From Cetorhinus maximus (Eukaryota): 64,000 nucleotides of DNA. Below the pieces are notes generated by a model, which was not told the origin of the DNA, searched no databases, and saw only the letters and a program-made list of their open reading frames with translations. Location of the stretch: positions 18,476,001-18,540,000 of the forward strand of contig NC_135901.1 of assembly GCF_964194155.1 (NCBI RefSeq), read 5' to 3'. The translations under genes were made by a program, and so were the position numbers. Positions 12,330 to 24,153 of this stretch are shown here, piece by piece. The stretch's first letter is position 1; each line of letters begins with the position of its first letter.

Positions 12330-12558
12330 AAAGACAGAAAATGATGGAAGAACTCAGCAGGTCTGGCAGTATCTGTGGAGAGAGAAAAATAGAGTTAACG
12401 TTTTACATCCATATGATTTTTCTAGCTCTGAAGAGTCATATTGGACTCGAAACATTAACTCTGTTTCTCTCTCCACAGATGCTGCCAGACCTGCTGAGTT
12501 TTTCCCATATTTTCTGTTTTTATTTCAGATTTCCTGCATGTGCAGTATTTTGCTTTTG
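12330..12558. mobile_element. Penelope-derived foldback element with TSD
   Basis: Inverted tail copies joined near a hammerhead-like core; TSD TGCAGTTGATGGTAT (12315) and TGCAGTTAATGGTAT (12559). Confidence 0.75.
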
Positions 12559-12627
12559 TGCAGTTAATGGTATTCACATACACCTACTTCTCTGGTCCTT
12601 TCACATGGTGCAGGTTGAGGGTTTGGA

Positions 12628-12859
12628 TGATAAAAGCAAAATACTGCGGATGCTGAAAATCTGAAACAAAAACAAAAATAGCTGGAAAAACTCAGCAAGT
12701 CTGACAGCATCTGTGGAGAGGAAGACAGAGTTAACCTGTCGAGTCCGTATGCCTCTTCATCAGAACTCTGAGTCATAAGGACTCGAAACATTAGCATCTG
12801 TGGAGAGGAAGACAGAGTTATCAGACCTGCTGAGTCTTTCCAGCTATTTTTGTTTTTGT
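12628..12859. mobile_element. Penelope-derived foldback element with TSD
   Basis: Inverted tail copies; TSD TTGAGGGTTTGGA (12615) and TTGAGAGTTTGGA (12860). Confidence 0.7.
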
Positions 12860-13270
12860 TTGAGAGTTTGGAAGGTTCTGTCAAAGTTTAGGTCAAGTTG
12901 TGGATATATAAAATCCCTCACCCCTAATGCTGCCACATCTCACTTTCTTTATCTTCTCTCTTAGAAGCCAGAGCCCAGGTTCAGACCGAATGCATCAGTG
13001 AACCAGTTGGATTGTTTTGACAATCCAACAGTTTTCATGGTCACTTTTTCCTAGTGTCAGCCCCATAAATTACCAGATTCATTCAGCTCAATTTCACAAC
13101 CTGCCCTTGTGTTTTTGTGGCTTCTCACAAACTCCTATTTTTGTTTTAAATCAATTTCACAGGGTAATAGAAGGGAAGGAAGGCAGTCGGGAAATTCAAA
13201 CCCAACATCACATCAAGATCTAACAGAGTTGCTCAATTTATCGTAACCTGAATATTGTTAGATTTTGAAC

Positions 13271-13978
13271 ATGGAAGGAAAAAACGCCGTTCACAGTTGG
13301 GAGAAACCATACACGTGTTCTGTGTGTGGACGAGGCTTCAACCGATCATCTGACCTGTCGAGACACAAGCGCAGTCACACTGAGGAGAAACCGTGTAAAT
13401 GTGGGGACTGTGGGAAAGGATTCAATTTTCCAGTTCAGCTGGAATCTCATCGGCGCAGTCACACCGGGGAGAAGCCGTTCACCTGTTCCGAGTGTGGGAA
13501 GGGATTCACTCTGTCATGCAACCTGTTGGCTCACCAGCGTGTTCACACTGATGAGAGACCTTTTAAATGCCCAGACTGTGGGAAGTGCTATAAAAGTTCT
13601 GGTGAACTGATGCGCCATCAACGTATTCACACTGATGAGAGGCCATTCAGGTGCTCTCAGTGCCATACTGGGTTCAGGCAATTATCTGACCTCACTGTAC
13701 ACCAGCGAGTTCACACTGGAGAGAGGCCGTTCACCTGCTCAGAGTGTGGGAAGGGATTCACTCAGTTAGCCAACCTGCTGACACACCAGCGCATTCATAC
13801 TGGTGAGAGGCCATTCACCTGCTCCTTGTGTGGAAAGGGATTCACCACATTATCCAACCAGCTGGAGCACCAGCGAGTTCACACTGGGGAGAGGCCATTC
13901 ACCTGCACCTTTTGTCAGAAAGGATTTGCTCATTCATCCACCGTCCTGAGACACCAGCAAATTCACAAAGATGCATGA
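13271..13978 (+). CDS. ZNF3: C2H2 zinc-finger protein, 8 fingers, subfamily B, intact
   Basis: ORF 13265..13978; ATG 13271 (AACATGG); in-frame TAG just upstream; acceptor TTTCACAG ending 13162. Confidence 0.88.
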   Translation: MEGKNAVHSWEKPYTCSVCGRGFNRSSDLSRHKRSHTEEKPCKCGDCGKGFNFPVQLESHRRSHTGEKPFTCSECGKGFTLSCNLLAHQRVHTDERPFKCPDCGKCYKSSGELMRHQRIHTDERPFRCSQCHTGFRQLSDLTVHQRVHTGERPFTCSECGKGFTQLANLLTHQRIHTGERPFTCSLCGKGFTTLSNQLEHQRVHTGERPFTCTFCQKGFAHSSTVLRHQQIHKDA

Positions 13979-14235
13979 GAACGCCACTATCTTCAAGTTC
14001 CCCTCCAAGCTACATACCATCCTGACTTGGGACTATATTCCATTCCTTCACTGTAACTGGGTCGAAATCCTGGAACTCCTCCCCGCTCCCGAACAGCACT
14101 GTGGATGTTCCCACGGACTGCAGCAGTTCAAGAAGGCAGCTCAGTACCATCTGCTCCAGGGGCAATTAGGAATGGGAAATAAATGCTGTCCTAGCCAGTG
14201 ATGCCCACATCCCATGAATGAATACATTTTTAAAA
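13969..14235 (+). mobile_element. 3' tail of a CR1-group LINE inserted at the ZNF3 stop codon
   Basis: AAGTTCCCCTCCAAG..CAGTTCAAGAAGGCAGCTCA..CCCATGAATGAATA; same family as 43378-43895 and 53708-54137. Confidence 0.8.
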
Positions 14236-14439
14236 ACTGCAGTGATTGGAGTTTGCTGTTAATCACATTTTAGGACTGACCTATGTTCATTGTCTATTTC
14301 TGGTGATGTTAATAAACTCTAGCCCTGTTATAGGGATTGATATTCTGGATGAAAGTTAAATCAATCAGCAATGTTTTAAATACACAATATTTCAAGTATT
14401 TTTAATATGTCTAACACCATTTAGTTCCTTTTGAAGTAC

Positions 14440-15448
14440 TCTCCCTTTCCCCTGTCTCTTCCATCCTCACTTCCAACAAGTGCTCATGGTGCAGGAGTTC
14501 ATGATCACAAGACACAATCCAATCAGTCGCCTTTGCTGCTTCCCTCCCTTCCCCTAACTCACTGGGCCAAATCCTCTAAAGTTCCCCTTTGCCCGAGCCC
14601 TGAACTCACATCTTTCTCTAGTTTCTCTCCTGCCTCCCCTCATGCCCTCTCAGATCCCATCCCATCCATGAGACACACCTCCTGTTCCCTCGACCCTATT
14701 CCCAGTAAACTACTGACCACATAACCTCTCCATGTTCACACAACCTCTCCATGTTCACTGATATTGTTAATTGTTCCTTCTCTCCTTCAAATCTGTTGTC
14801 ATTGCCCCCTCCCCTCAAGAGACAAACCTTTGACCCCACATCCTTGCAAACTACCATCCCATCTCCCTTTCCTTTCCAAAGTCCTTAAACGTTTTGTTAT
14901 CTCCCAAACCCTTGCCCATCTTTCCCAGAACTCAATGTTTGAATTCCTCCAATTAGGTTTCAGCCCCGGCTATGGTAAAGAAACAACTCTTAGCAAAGTC
15001 ACAAATGACATCCTCTGTCACTGACCGTGGTAAACTTTCCCTCCTTGTCCTTCTCGCCCTGTCTGCAGCCTCTGACACAGTTGATCACACCATCCTCCTC
15101 CATCACCTCTCCATTGTCATCCAGCTGGGTGGGACTGCAATCACCTGGTTCCGTTCTAATCTAATCGTAGCCAGCGAACCGTTTGCAAAAGCTTCCCTTC
15201 CTTTTCCCAGGCCGTTACCTCTGGTGTCTCCTAAGATCTATCCTTGGTCCCTCCTATTTCTCCTCCACACGCTGCCACCAGGTAACATAATCTGAAAACG
15301 CTGCATTAGTTTCCAAATCGACACTGGCACCAGCTCTACCTCACCATCCCCTCTCTTGACTCCCCCACTGTTGGCCATTTATCAGACTGCTGATCTGACA
15401 TCTAGTACTAGATGAGTAGAAATTTCCTCCAATTAAATATTGGGAAGA
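14440..15448 (+). mobile_element. Degenerate L2 LINE ORF2 fragment
   Basis: CSLDPIP, PFLSKVL, ETTLSKVTNDIL and LSAASDTVDHTILL motifs. Confidence 0.85.
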
Positions 15449-15684
15449 TAACACAGTGGGTCCAGAGCCCTCTTCTGCCCAGCCTTATCTAACAAGCAGC
15501 AGCTACACTGGTGATATTTATATTTAACTTGTTCACAACATTCGTGATCTGGCCCTGCTCAAAGCATAACCACAAGGATATCTGTGTATTGTTCTGAGTT
15601 GAACACAAGGCTGTGTCACTATCACACACAGATACCGTTTCCTTGGTTCACATCTCCAGGCAAAAAACAGCTCTTTACACATCC

Positions 15685-15875
15685 TCTTCCATCCTCAATC
15701 AACATCACAAAAACAGATTATCTATTCATTATCAGATTGCTGTTTGTGGGATCTTGCTGTGTGCAATTTGCGAGCCATGTTTCCTACATTATAACAGTGT
15801 CGACACTTCAGAAGTACTTAATTGCCTGTAAAACACTTTGAGGTTGTGAACAGTGGAACAGAAATACAAGACTTT
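15685..15875 (+). mobile_element. Deu-domain SINE, 3' half
   Basis: AACAGATTATCT..ATTGCTGTTTGTGGGATCTTGCTGTGTGCAA..TTTCCTACATTA; matches 37950-38130. Confidence 0.75.
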
Positions 15876-15954
15876 TATCATTCACAAGGATCAGAGCTGG
15901 GGCCTTAGCTATTTACAATCAATGTTAATGACTGAGATGAAGAGACAGAGAATA

Positions 15955-16172
15955 TTGCTGAAAAAAGAGACATGCTGTCAAAGCTTTATGCCTTGGACAC
16001 ATCAGGACATTTCACAAGAATACCAATCGTAAAAGGAACAACAATGTGTACTGTATGAGAAAATGGTGCTAATTGTTTGGCAAGTGGACTCTGATTGGAA
16101 GAGGCGTTCCCATGGAGAATGCACAAGGAAACAGTTAACTGCCAAGCTTTTGTTTAAATTCAAACCAGGCAG
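15955..16172 (-). mobile_element. Probable Penelope-related terminal fragment with a decayed hammerhead-like motif
   Basis: Minus strand TGTCCTGATGTGTCCAAGGCATAAAGCTTTGACA resembles CTGATGA..GAAA-AGCT-TC. Confidence 0.35.
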
Positions 16173-16176
16173 ATCA

Positions 16177-17192
16177 TTCCCCCAGAATATAAAACAGTGA
16201 ACATTATCCCCCCAGACCCGAATATAAAACAGTGAACATTATCCCCCAGACCTGAATATAAAACAGTGAACATTATCCCCCAGTCCCAAATATAAAACAG
16301 TGAACACAAACATATGAGCAAGGAGCAGGAGTAGGCCATTCAGCCCTTCAAGCCTGCTGCGCCATTTAATAAGGTCTGATCTGATAGTAACCTGAAATCT
16401 GCGTCCCACCTACCACCAATAACCTATCACCCCCTTGCTTCTCAAGAATCTATCCGTTTCTGCCTTAAAAATATTCAAAAACCCTGCTTCCTTCACCTTT
16501 TAAGGAAGAGAGCTCCAAAGACTCAAGGCCCTCGGAGTGAAAAAATTTCACCTCATCTCTGTTTCAAATGGGGGACACCTTATTTTTAAATAGCGACACC
16601 CTAGTTCTAGATTTTCCCACAAGAAGAAACATCCTCTCCACATCCACCCTGTCAAGGTCCCTCAGGATCTTATATGTTTCAATCAAGTCGCCTCTTATTC
16701 TTCCAAATTCCAGCAGATACAAGTCGAGCCTGTCCAACCTTTCCTCATAAAATAACCCGCCCATTCCAGGTATTAATCTGGCAAACCTTCTCTGAACTGC
16801 TTCCAACGCTTTTACATCTTTCCTCAATTAAGGTGTCTATACTGTACCCAGTACTCCAAATGTGGTCTCACTAGAACATTATCCTCCAGACCCGAATATA
16901 AAACAGTGAACATTATTCCCCAGACCCGAATATAAAACAGTGAACATTATTCCCCCAGACCCGAATATAAAACAGTGAACATTATCCCCCGGACCCGAAT
17001 ATAAAACAGTGAACATTATTCCCCCGGACCCGAATATAAAACAGTGAACATTATTCCCCCGGACCCGAATATAAAACAGTGAACATTATTCCCCCAGACC
17101 CGAATATAAAACAGTGAACATTATTCCCCCAGACCCGAATATAAAACAGTGAACATTATCCCCCAGACCCGAATATAAAACAGTGAACATTC
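16177..17192. repeat. 34-35 bp minisatellite (CCCCCAGACCCGAATATAAAACAGTGAACATTAT[T]), 4+9 units, split by a CR1
   Basis: Units counted directly from the sequence. Confidence 0.95.
16307..16873 (-). mobile_element. CR1 3' fragment inserted in the minisatellite
   Basis: ORF 16564..16827; GAACA duplicated at both junctions. Confidence 0.9.
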
Positions 17193-17369
17193 TCTTCCCA
17201 GTTATTCCTTGACGTTAGCCCTTGAATTGTGCATTGGTTCATCTTTTCCTACATTTCACTTATAAATGTTGAAATGTTTGCTCCACATCCACAGGGTTTC
17301 ATCTGTTTAAAGCCACAAACAGAAAGGTCCGGTTTTCTCCTGGAGCTTGAGACAAATCCAAATGATGCA

Positions 17370-17940
17370 GTTTCAGCCAATGAGGGAGATCCGGGCTCAG
17401 CCCCGTCCCTTATTCACTCCGATTGGTTGGAAGAACAGCCACTCTCGCTCTCTCTTTCTATTGGTCCGGTGCATCCGTCAATCACTATCCCCCGCCCCCT
17501 GGGCATTGTGAGGTGAAGCATGCGCAGTGCGGATACGAAGCTGGTTTCAGGAGGTCCTGTGAAAATTCGCAGCGGGACAAAAACTGTCGGGTGACCGAGA
17601 GAGATGGAGCCGGCTGGTGGTTTTGATAGGAGAGCTTCACAAAACCCGGTGTAAGCCCCAAACCCTCAATAAGAAGATCCCGATTCCCGCGTTTGTCCTT
17701 CTTCGGGAATAAGGCCTGGATTAACTGTCGCCATTTTTATAGGGGCTAATGCGGAATAGGGCGCATGCGTAGCCGCCATTGTTGTAGAGGGCAATCCTGT
17801 CAATCAGCCAATGAGCTTCCTGCTGATCCGCGCCCAATCTGCTGCGAGTCCAGCTTCAACACGCACTCTGATTGGTGGGAGGACCAGATGACCCCATCAG
17901 TCCTCCAGCTCCCCCCCTTTGCAATCGAAACAGTAAGTGC
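17370..17940 (+). promoter_or_regulatory. CpG-island promoter and first exon of ZNF4
   Basis: Several CCAAT boxes; GCATGCGCA and GCGCATGCG; GCCGCCAT; donor GTAAGT at 17933; homologous to 48440-48503 plus 50024-50400. Confidence 0.75.
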
Positions 17941-18205
17941 GGGAGGAACAACTGGTTGAATTGTAGAAATAAAAAAATCATCACCCGCTGACTCTCCCAC
18001 CAACTTCCTGACTGTTTCCGTCTGTATCTTTTTCTCTCTCCTCCCAGTTGGGTTTTTATGACAATCCAGCAGTTTTCATGGTCACTTTTTCCTAGTGCCG
18101 GCACAAAAAATTACCAGATTCATTCAGCTCAGTTTCACAACCTGCCTTTGTGTTTTTGTGGGTTCTCTCTCACTCTCTTTTCTCTGTTTTAAATCAATTT
18201 CACAG

Positions 18206-19164
18206 AAGGGGAGGATTTGCAGGTGGGAAACTGAAACCAAACATCACACCAGAGTCACTCAATTCAGCAGGACCTGATGATCATTGGCCTTCGAACATGG
18301 AAGCAAAAAGTACCATTCACGCTGGGGCAAAATCAGTGTAAATGTGAGGACTGTGGGAAGAGATTCAATTACCCATCTGAGCTGGAAATTCATCGGCGCA
18401 GTCACACTGGGGAGAGACCTTTCACCTGCTCTATGTGTGGGAAGGGATTCACTAGTTTCTCTTCCCTGCAGAAACACCAGCCGGTTCACACTGATGAGAG
18501 ATCTTTTAAATGTGCTGACTGTGGAAAGAGCTTTAAAAGCCTAAATGTACTAAGGATGCACCAGCGCATTCACACTGGGGGCAGGCCATTCAGCTGCTCA
18601 CAGTGTGGGAAGAAGTTCAGGGTATCATCTGAGCTGTTGATGCACCAGTGAGTTCATACTGACGAGAGACCTTTCAAATGTGCAGACTGTGAGAAGTGCT
18701 ATAAAAGGCCAGAGGAACTGCGGCACCATCAACGTGTTCACACTGATGAGAGACCGTTCACATGTTCTCAATGTGGGACTGGGTTCAGGCGATCAGCTGA
18801 TCTTATTCGACGCCAGCGCATTCACACTGGGGAGAAGCCTTTCACCTGCTCTAAATGTGGGAAGGGATTCACTCAGTTATCCCATCGGCTAAGGCACCAG
18901 CGAGTTCACACTGAAGAGAGACCTTTTAAATGTCCGGACTGTGGGAAGTGCTTTAAAAGTCCTGAGGAACTGTGGTACCATCAACGTGTTCACACTGACA
19001 AGAGACCGTACTGATGCTCTCACTGTGGGACTGGGTTCAAGCAATCAGGTGACCTCACTGTACTCCAGCACACCCACACTGGGGAGAGGCCGTTCATCTG
19101 CTCTGAGTGTGAGAAGGGATTCACTTGTTTATCCAACCTTATGAGAGATCGGCAAGTTCATTAA
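18206..19164 (+). pseudogene. ZNF4: C2H2 pseudogene, about 10 fingers, subfamily B
   Basis: Orthodox ATG (18297) is out of frame with the array; in-frame TGA at 18649 and near 19012; several His ligands lost. Confidence 0.85.
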
Positions 19165-19249
19165 TGACAGCAGGGGTTAGATTCTGTTGTTATTGCTGCT
19201 GGTAATCAAGTCCATGACTGTACTGTGTTTATTCTGATAGCTGGGATTT

Positions 19250-19895
19250 ATTCCTGAGGTCATTTACCCTTCCCATTAGACTTAGCCTGTACCCTATACC
19301 ATCTCTCATCCATGCGTGAATAGACTGTTATGTCTGCAAGCCTCTTTTAAAATTTAAATCCATTCATAAACTGTATTGAACTAAAGATGAACAACAAACA
19401 GATCACCGTCCAATCCTGCAGCTCTATGTTGACATGAGAAAGTCTTTTCTGTAACTCGAGGATGAGATTCGGTAAGCTGTGAATCACAAGTAGGCTTGTG
19501 TCATTTGAGAGATGGGCCGTTCAAAGCTGTTAACTTGTTAGATATTTAAGGAATTACTCTGAAAGAAAACTCAATTTATAACCTCAGAACCTGCTCCCTG
19601 CTGTAATTAATACTCAGCATCCATTTGTGCTGATTTACAGTGAATCACTGAATATCTTGTGGAGTCTTTGTTCCTTGTTTTGTGAAATAGCTCTCCCCAT
19701 TAGTGCTGAACTGCTGGATAACTCAGATTACATTTAGACACGTCTAGAAAGGGTCTGTGTACCCACATTTCACTGTAATTTGTAAACAATAAACAATGTT
19801 TATGGCCTGACTTGTAGTCTGGTATCCGGGTGATTTGTGAAGAAAGATTTAATTCATTCACTCAGCAGCTTGAGGGGAACCAGACTGAGGCTTAA
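19250..19895 (+). mobile_element. Possible LTR-like insertion replacing the ZNF4 3' UTR
   Basis: The conserved ZNF 3' UTR breaks off near 19250; AATAAA about 100 nt before the right end; 5' terminus not seen. Confidence 0.3.
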
Positions 19896-21363
19896 AGAAC
19901 ATAAGAAATAGGAGCAGGAATAGGCCATTCGGCCCTTTGAGCCTGCTCTGCTATTCAATACGATCATGACTGATCTTCTACCTCAGCTCCACTCCCCCAA
20001 TATCCCTTAATTCTCTTCATATCCAAAACTCTATCGACCTCTGTCTTAAATATAACTGAGAACCACCGCACCCTGGGGTGGAAAATTGCAAAGATTCACA
20101 ACCCTCTGAGTGAGGAGATTCCTCCTCTTCTCAATTTTAAATGGTCAACCCATTATTCTGAGACTGTGCCCCTGACCTTCTAGATTCCCCAGCCAGGGGA
20201 AACATTTTCTCAACATCTACCCTGGCAGGCCTCTTAAGAATTTTAAATTTCAATTAGATCACCACTCATTTTTCTAAACTCCATTAAATATAGGCCTAGT
20301 CTGCTCGATCTCTCCTCATGGGACAATCTCCTCATCCCAGGAACCAGTCTGGTGAACATTTGTTTCACTCCCTCTAGGACAAGTAGGTAAGGAGACTAAA
20401 CCCGCACACAGTACTCCAGATGAGGCCTCATCAACGCTCTGTCTATTTGTAGTAAGACTTATTTACTCTTATGCTGCAATCCCTTTGCAATAAAATCTAA
20501 CAGACCATTTGCCATTTGCTTGCTGTACCTGGGTGTTAACTTTCTGTCATTCATGTACAAGGACAGCTAGGTCCCTCTGAATGCAAATATTTCCCAGTCT
20601 CTCACCATTCAAAAAAATATCCTGCTTTTATAATTTATCTATCAAAATTGATAACTTCACACTTCACCATGTTGTATTCCATCTTCCATGTCCTTACCCA
20701 CTCTCCCAATCTCTCTATCCCTCTGCAGACTCTTTGCATCCTTGTCACCGTTGACTTTTCCAATTAGCTTTTTTCGACAGCGATCTGGATACATTATACT
20801 CAGTCTCCTCATCTAAATCATTGATATCGATTGTAAATAGCTGAGGTTTAACTACTGATCCTTGTGGTACCCACAAGTTACAGCCTGTCAATCTGAAAAT
20901 GTCCCGTTTATTCAAATTCTCTGTTTTCTGCCCATTAATTAACTCTCAATCCACGCTAGAATATTACCCCCAATCATCTGAGACTTGATTTTGTGTAATG
21001 ATCGCTTGTGTGGTACCTTATCAAATGCTTTTTGAAAATCCAAATACACGACGTGTACTGATTTCCTCGATATCCACCTCGTCCATTACACCCACAAAAA
21101 GCTCTAAACAAACATGATTTCCCTTTCATAAATCTGTACTGACTGTTTAATCAGTTAATGATTTTCTAAGTGTCCTGTTACCACATCTAATAATAGGCTC
21201 TAGCATTTTGCCAATTACTGATGTTAGACTAATTGGTCTGTAGTTCCCCATTTTCTCTCTTCCTCCTTTTTGAATAGCAAGGTTATGTTTGCTACCTTCC
21301 ATTCCTTGGGAACTGTTCTAAAATCTAAGGAATTCTGGAAGATCAAATCCAATGTATCCACCA
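19896..21363 (-). mobile_element. Degenerate CR1 ORF2 (RT to 3' UTR)
   Basis: Antisense DFQKAFDKVPH (GTGGTACCTTATCAAATGCTTTTTGAAAATC) and AGAACATAAGAAATAGGAGCAGG tail. Confidence 0.88.
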
Positions 21364-21760
21364 TGTCATGATCCCTGTGGAGATCAACAAACCAAAAGAA
21401 CCAAATTTACCAAACGACCCCAACAAGAAAACCATTGGACAACATTTCACTTTTGATACCTTTTACTTTAACAATCAAACCAAAATCAACATAAATTAAA
21501 CATGAATTAACAGGCACATTGCAGTCGCTATTAACGAAAAATTACATATTAAATAGCAAATGCAACAAAGGGAGATGTGCATTTTTCAGAAGTCCATCCA
21601 GCAGATATGGCACCAATTTCAGCCACAAACTCCATCAAAACTCTGAAAGTCCTCAGGTAGAATTCCAGCTCCTTTTCTTTCAGGATTTAGGCACCAATTC
21701 CATATTTCAATCCTCGGAGTAGTTTGTTTCTTGAAGGTGAGATTATTATTAAAATGACTA
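21364..21760 (-). mobile_element. LTR-like fragment inserted in CR1
   Basis: Begins TGTCATG at an abrupt CR1 break; minus-strand AGTAAA about 100 nt from that end. Confidence 0.4.
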
Positions 21761-22177
21761 CATGTACTGTGTCCACCCAGGGATCTCTCTGGACTATCCA
21801 GCACCTCACAGCCGGGATTATGTGTCTAGGAAGAGGAGGCTGTTGTCCAGTATTTCCAAACCAATTCTCTATCTAAGTGATAGATTATCTCTAATTCCAG
21901 GCCCTTTCGTTTTGTTAGTTTCTTGTGTGGAACTTCATCAAATGCCTTCTGGAAGTCAATATAAGTAACATCCAGTGACATTCCCTTACCTATCACATTA
22001 GTGACCTCCTCAAAAATACAGCACAGTTAGTTAGACATGATTTAGCCTTTTACAAATCCATGCTGTCTCTCTCTAATCAGTTCATATTTCTCAAAGTGAA
22101 AATGGGGTGAATGATTCAGACTGCACAAACCCCCTGAATCTCTCCTATTTATTGCAGACAGAAGATGCAGAGTTAAC

Positions 22178-22670
22178 CTCTCTTCTGTTTGTCTCTTTCT
22201 CTCTGTCCTTCTATCTTTCTCCCTGGGTCTATTTGTGTCTCTGTCTCCTTCTCTCTCCCGGTCCTTCTGCCTTTTACTTTGAAACAATTTCTGTCTCTTT
22301 TTGTGTCTCTCATTTACTCTGGCTGTATTAATCTCTCTATTTGTCTTTCTCCCTTGCATTTCGTCGCACTGTCATTCAATCTTTCTGTTTCACTGTCTCA
22401 CGCTCTCTTTCTGTGACTGTCTTTCTCACTCCATTTGTATCTACCCCTCTGTCTCTCACACCCTGTCTGTCTCTGACCCTCTATCTTTATGTCTCTGATC
22501 CTCTTTCTGTGTCTCAGTCTATGTCTGTCTCTCCTTCCCTGTCTGTCTCTTACCCTCCGTCTGACTCTCACTCTTCGTCTGTCTCTCACTCTCCGTCTGT
22601 CTGTCACTCTGTCTGTCTCTCACCCTCTGTCTGTCTCTCACTCTCTTGTCTGTCTCATTTCCTATCTCAC
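22178..22670. repeat. CT/CTGT-rich degenerate simple repeat
   Basis: Polypyrimidine-biased low-complexity tract; source of the spurious Ser/Leu-rich and Arg-rich ORFs. Confidence 0.9.
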
Positions 22671-22877
22671 TGATATTGATTCTCCATTTCAGACACAGAG
22701 TCTCTGCCACTCCAAGGTGAACACAACAACCGAGATGAACCCAGAGCTGTGACCTCACATTGAACACAATTGGACCAATGTTCCCAGTCATTTCCAATAA
22801 AAGTCAGTGAAGCTGACAGTGAATAAGAACAACGTTAACCAGAGTGAAAGGAAATCAGACTTATCCTGGTGTGAACA

Positions 22878-23360
22878 GAGGAGATTTACCAGGATGTTGC
22901 CTGAGCTGGAGAGTTTTAGTTATGAGGAGAGATTGGATAGACTGGGGTTATTTTTCCTGAAGCAGAGGAGATTGAGGGGGGATATGATTGAGATGTTTAA
23001 AATTATGAGGGGCATAGATAGGGTAGACAGGAAGGAACTTCTCCCCTTGGTGGAGGGGTCAATAACCAGGGGGCACAGATTTAAGGCAAGGGGCAGGAGG
23101 TTTAGAGGGGATGTGAGGAAGAATTTTTTCACCCAGAGGGTAGTGGGAATCTGAAACTCATTGCCTGAAAGGGCGGTCGAGGCAGAAGCCCTCATAACAT
23201 TTAAGAAGTATTTGGATATGCACTTGCGATTCCATGGCATACAAGGCTACAGGCCTAGTGTTGGAAAATGGGATTAGAATAGTTATGCACATGTTTGACT
23301 GGCGCAGACTTGATGGGCCGAAGGGCCTTTTTCTGTGCTGTAGACTTCTATGACTCTATG
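22878..23360 (+). mobile_element. CR1 3' fragment
   Basis: ORF 22807..23154 (RFTRMLPELESFSYEERLDRLGLF); TCTATGAC tail. Confidence 0.92.
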
Positions 23361-23591
23361 AGTCAGGTACTGACTTGGAGCCCCACTGATCTTCCCTTTC
23401 TGTGATATCACTACCTCCTTACTATGAGTGTTGGGAAACAGCTGACTTGTGTGCAGCAGCAATATTGATTTCTCCAGAAATGTAAAATTTACCACAATAT
23501 AAATCCCAATTTAATTTCAAACCTGGGAATGAAACGATTTGAATTAATTGCCTACAGGTTTAGCTGTGTTTGGATTCTTGGCACCTAGGAA

Positions 23592-24153
23592 GAGGCAATG
23601 GTGTCGTGGTATTGTCGCTGGACTAATAATCCAGAGATGCTCTCGATCTGTGATGGCAAATGGTGGAATTTGAATTCAATAAAAATCTGGGATTAAAAGT
23701 CTCATGTTGATCATGAAACCATTGTCGATTGTTGTAGAAAACCCATCTGGTTCACTAACGTCCTTTAGGGAAGGAAATCTGCTGTCCTTACCTGGTCTGG
23801 CCTACATGTGACTCCAGACCCACAGCAATGTGGTTGACTCTTAAATGCCATTCAGTTGTATCAAACTGTGACAAAGTGACAAAAAAATAATGAAAGCAGA
23901 CGGGTCACCCGACATCGGCCTAGGCACCGGAAACGGCAATGGAAATCTCAGCCTGTCGGTCGCCATTCCTTTACTGTTGCTGGGTCAAAATCCTGGAACT
24001 CCCTTGCTAACAGCACTGTGGGTGGACCTACACCACATAGATGCAGTGGTTCAAGAAGGCAGCTCACCACCACCTTCTCAAGTGTAATTAGGGATGGGCA
24101 ATAAATGCTGGCCCAGCCAGCGAAGCCCATATCCCTTAAATGAATTTTTAAAA
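23592..24153 (+). mobile_element. tRNA-derived SINE with Meta-type core and CR1-group LINE tail
   Basis: A-box-like head; core AAAACCCATCTGGTTCACTAACGTCCTTTAGGGAAGGAAATCTGC..GTGACTCCAGACCCACAGC; LINE-shared tail. Superfamily label is from memory. Confidence 0.7.

Noticed and set aside
16177-17192. CRISPR-like array of ~35 bp repeats
   Set aside because: Units are contiguous with no unique spacers, there are no cas genes, and the context is eukaryotic; it is a minisatellite.
22042-22797. Arg-rich and Ser/Leu-rich ORFs
   Set aside because: Artefacts of the CT-rich simple repeat.
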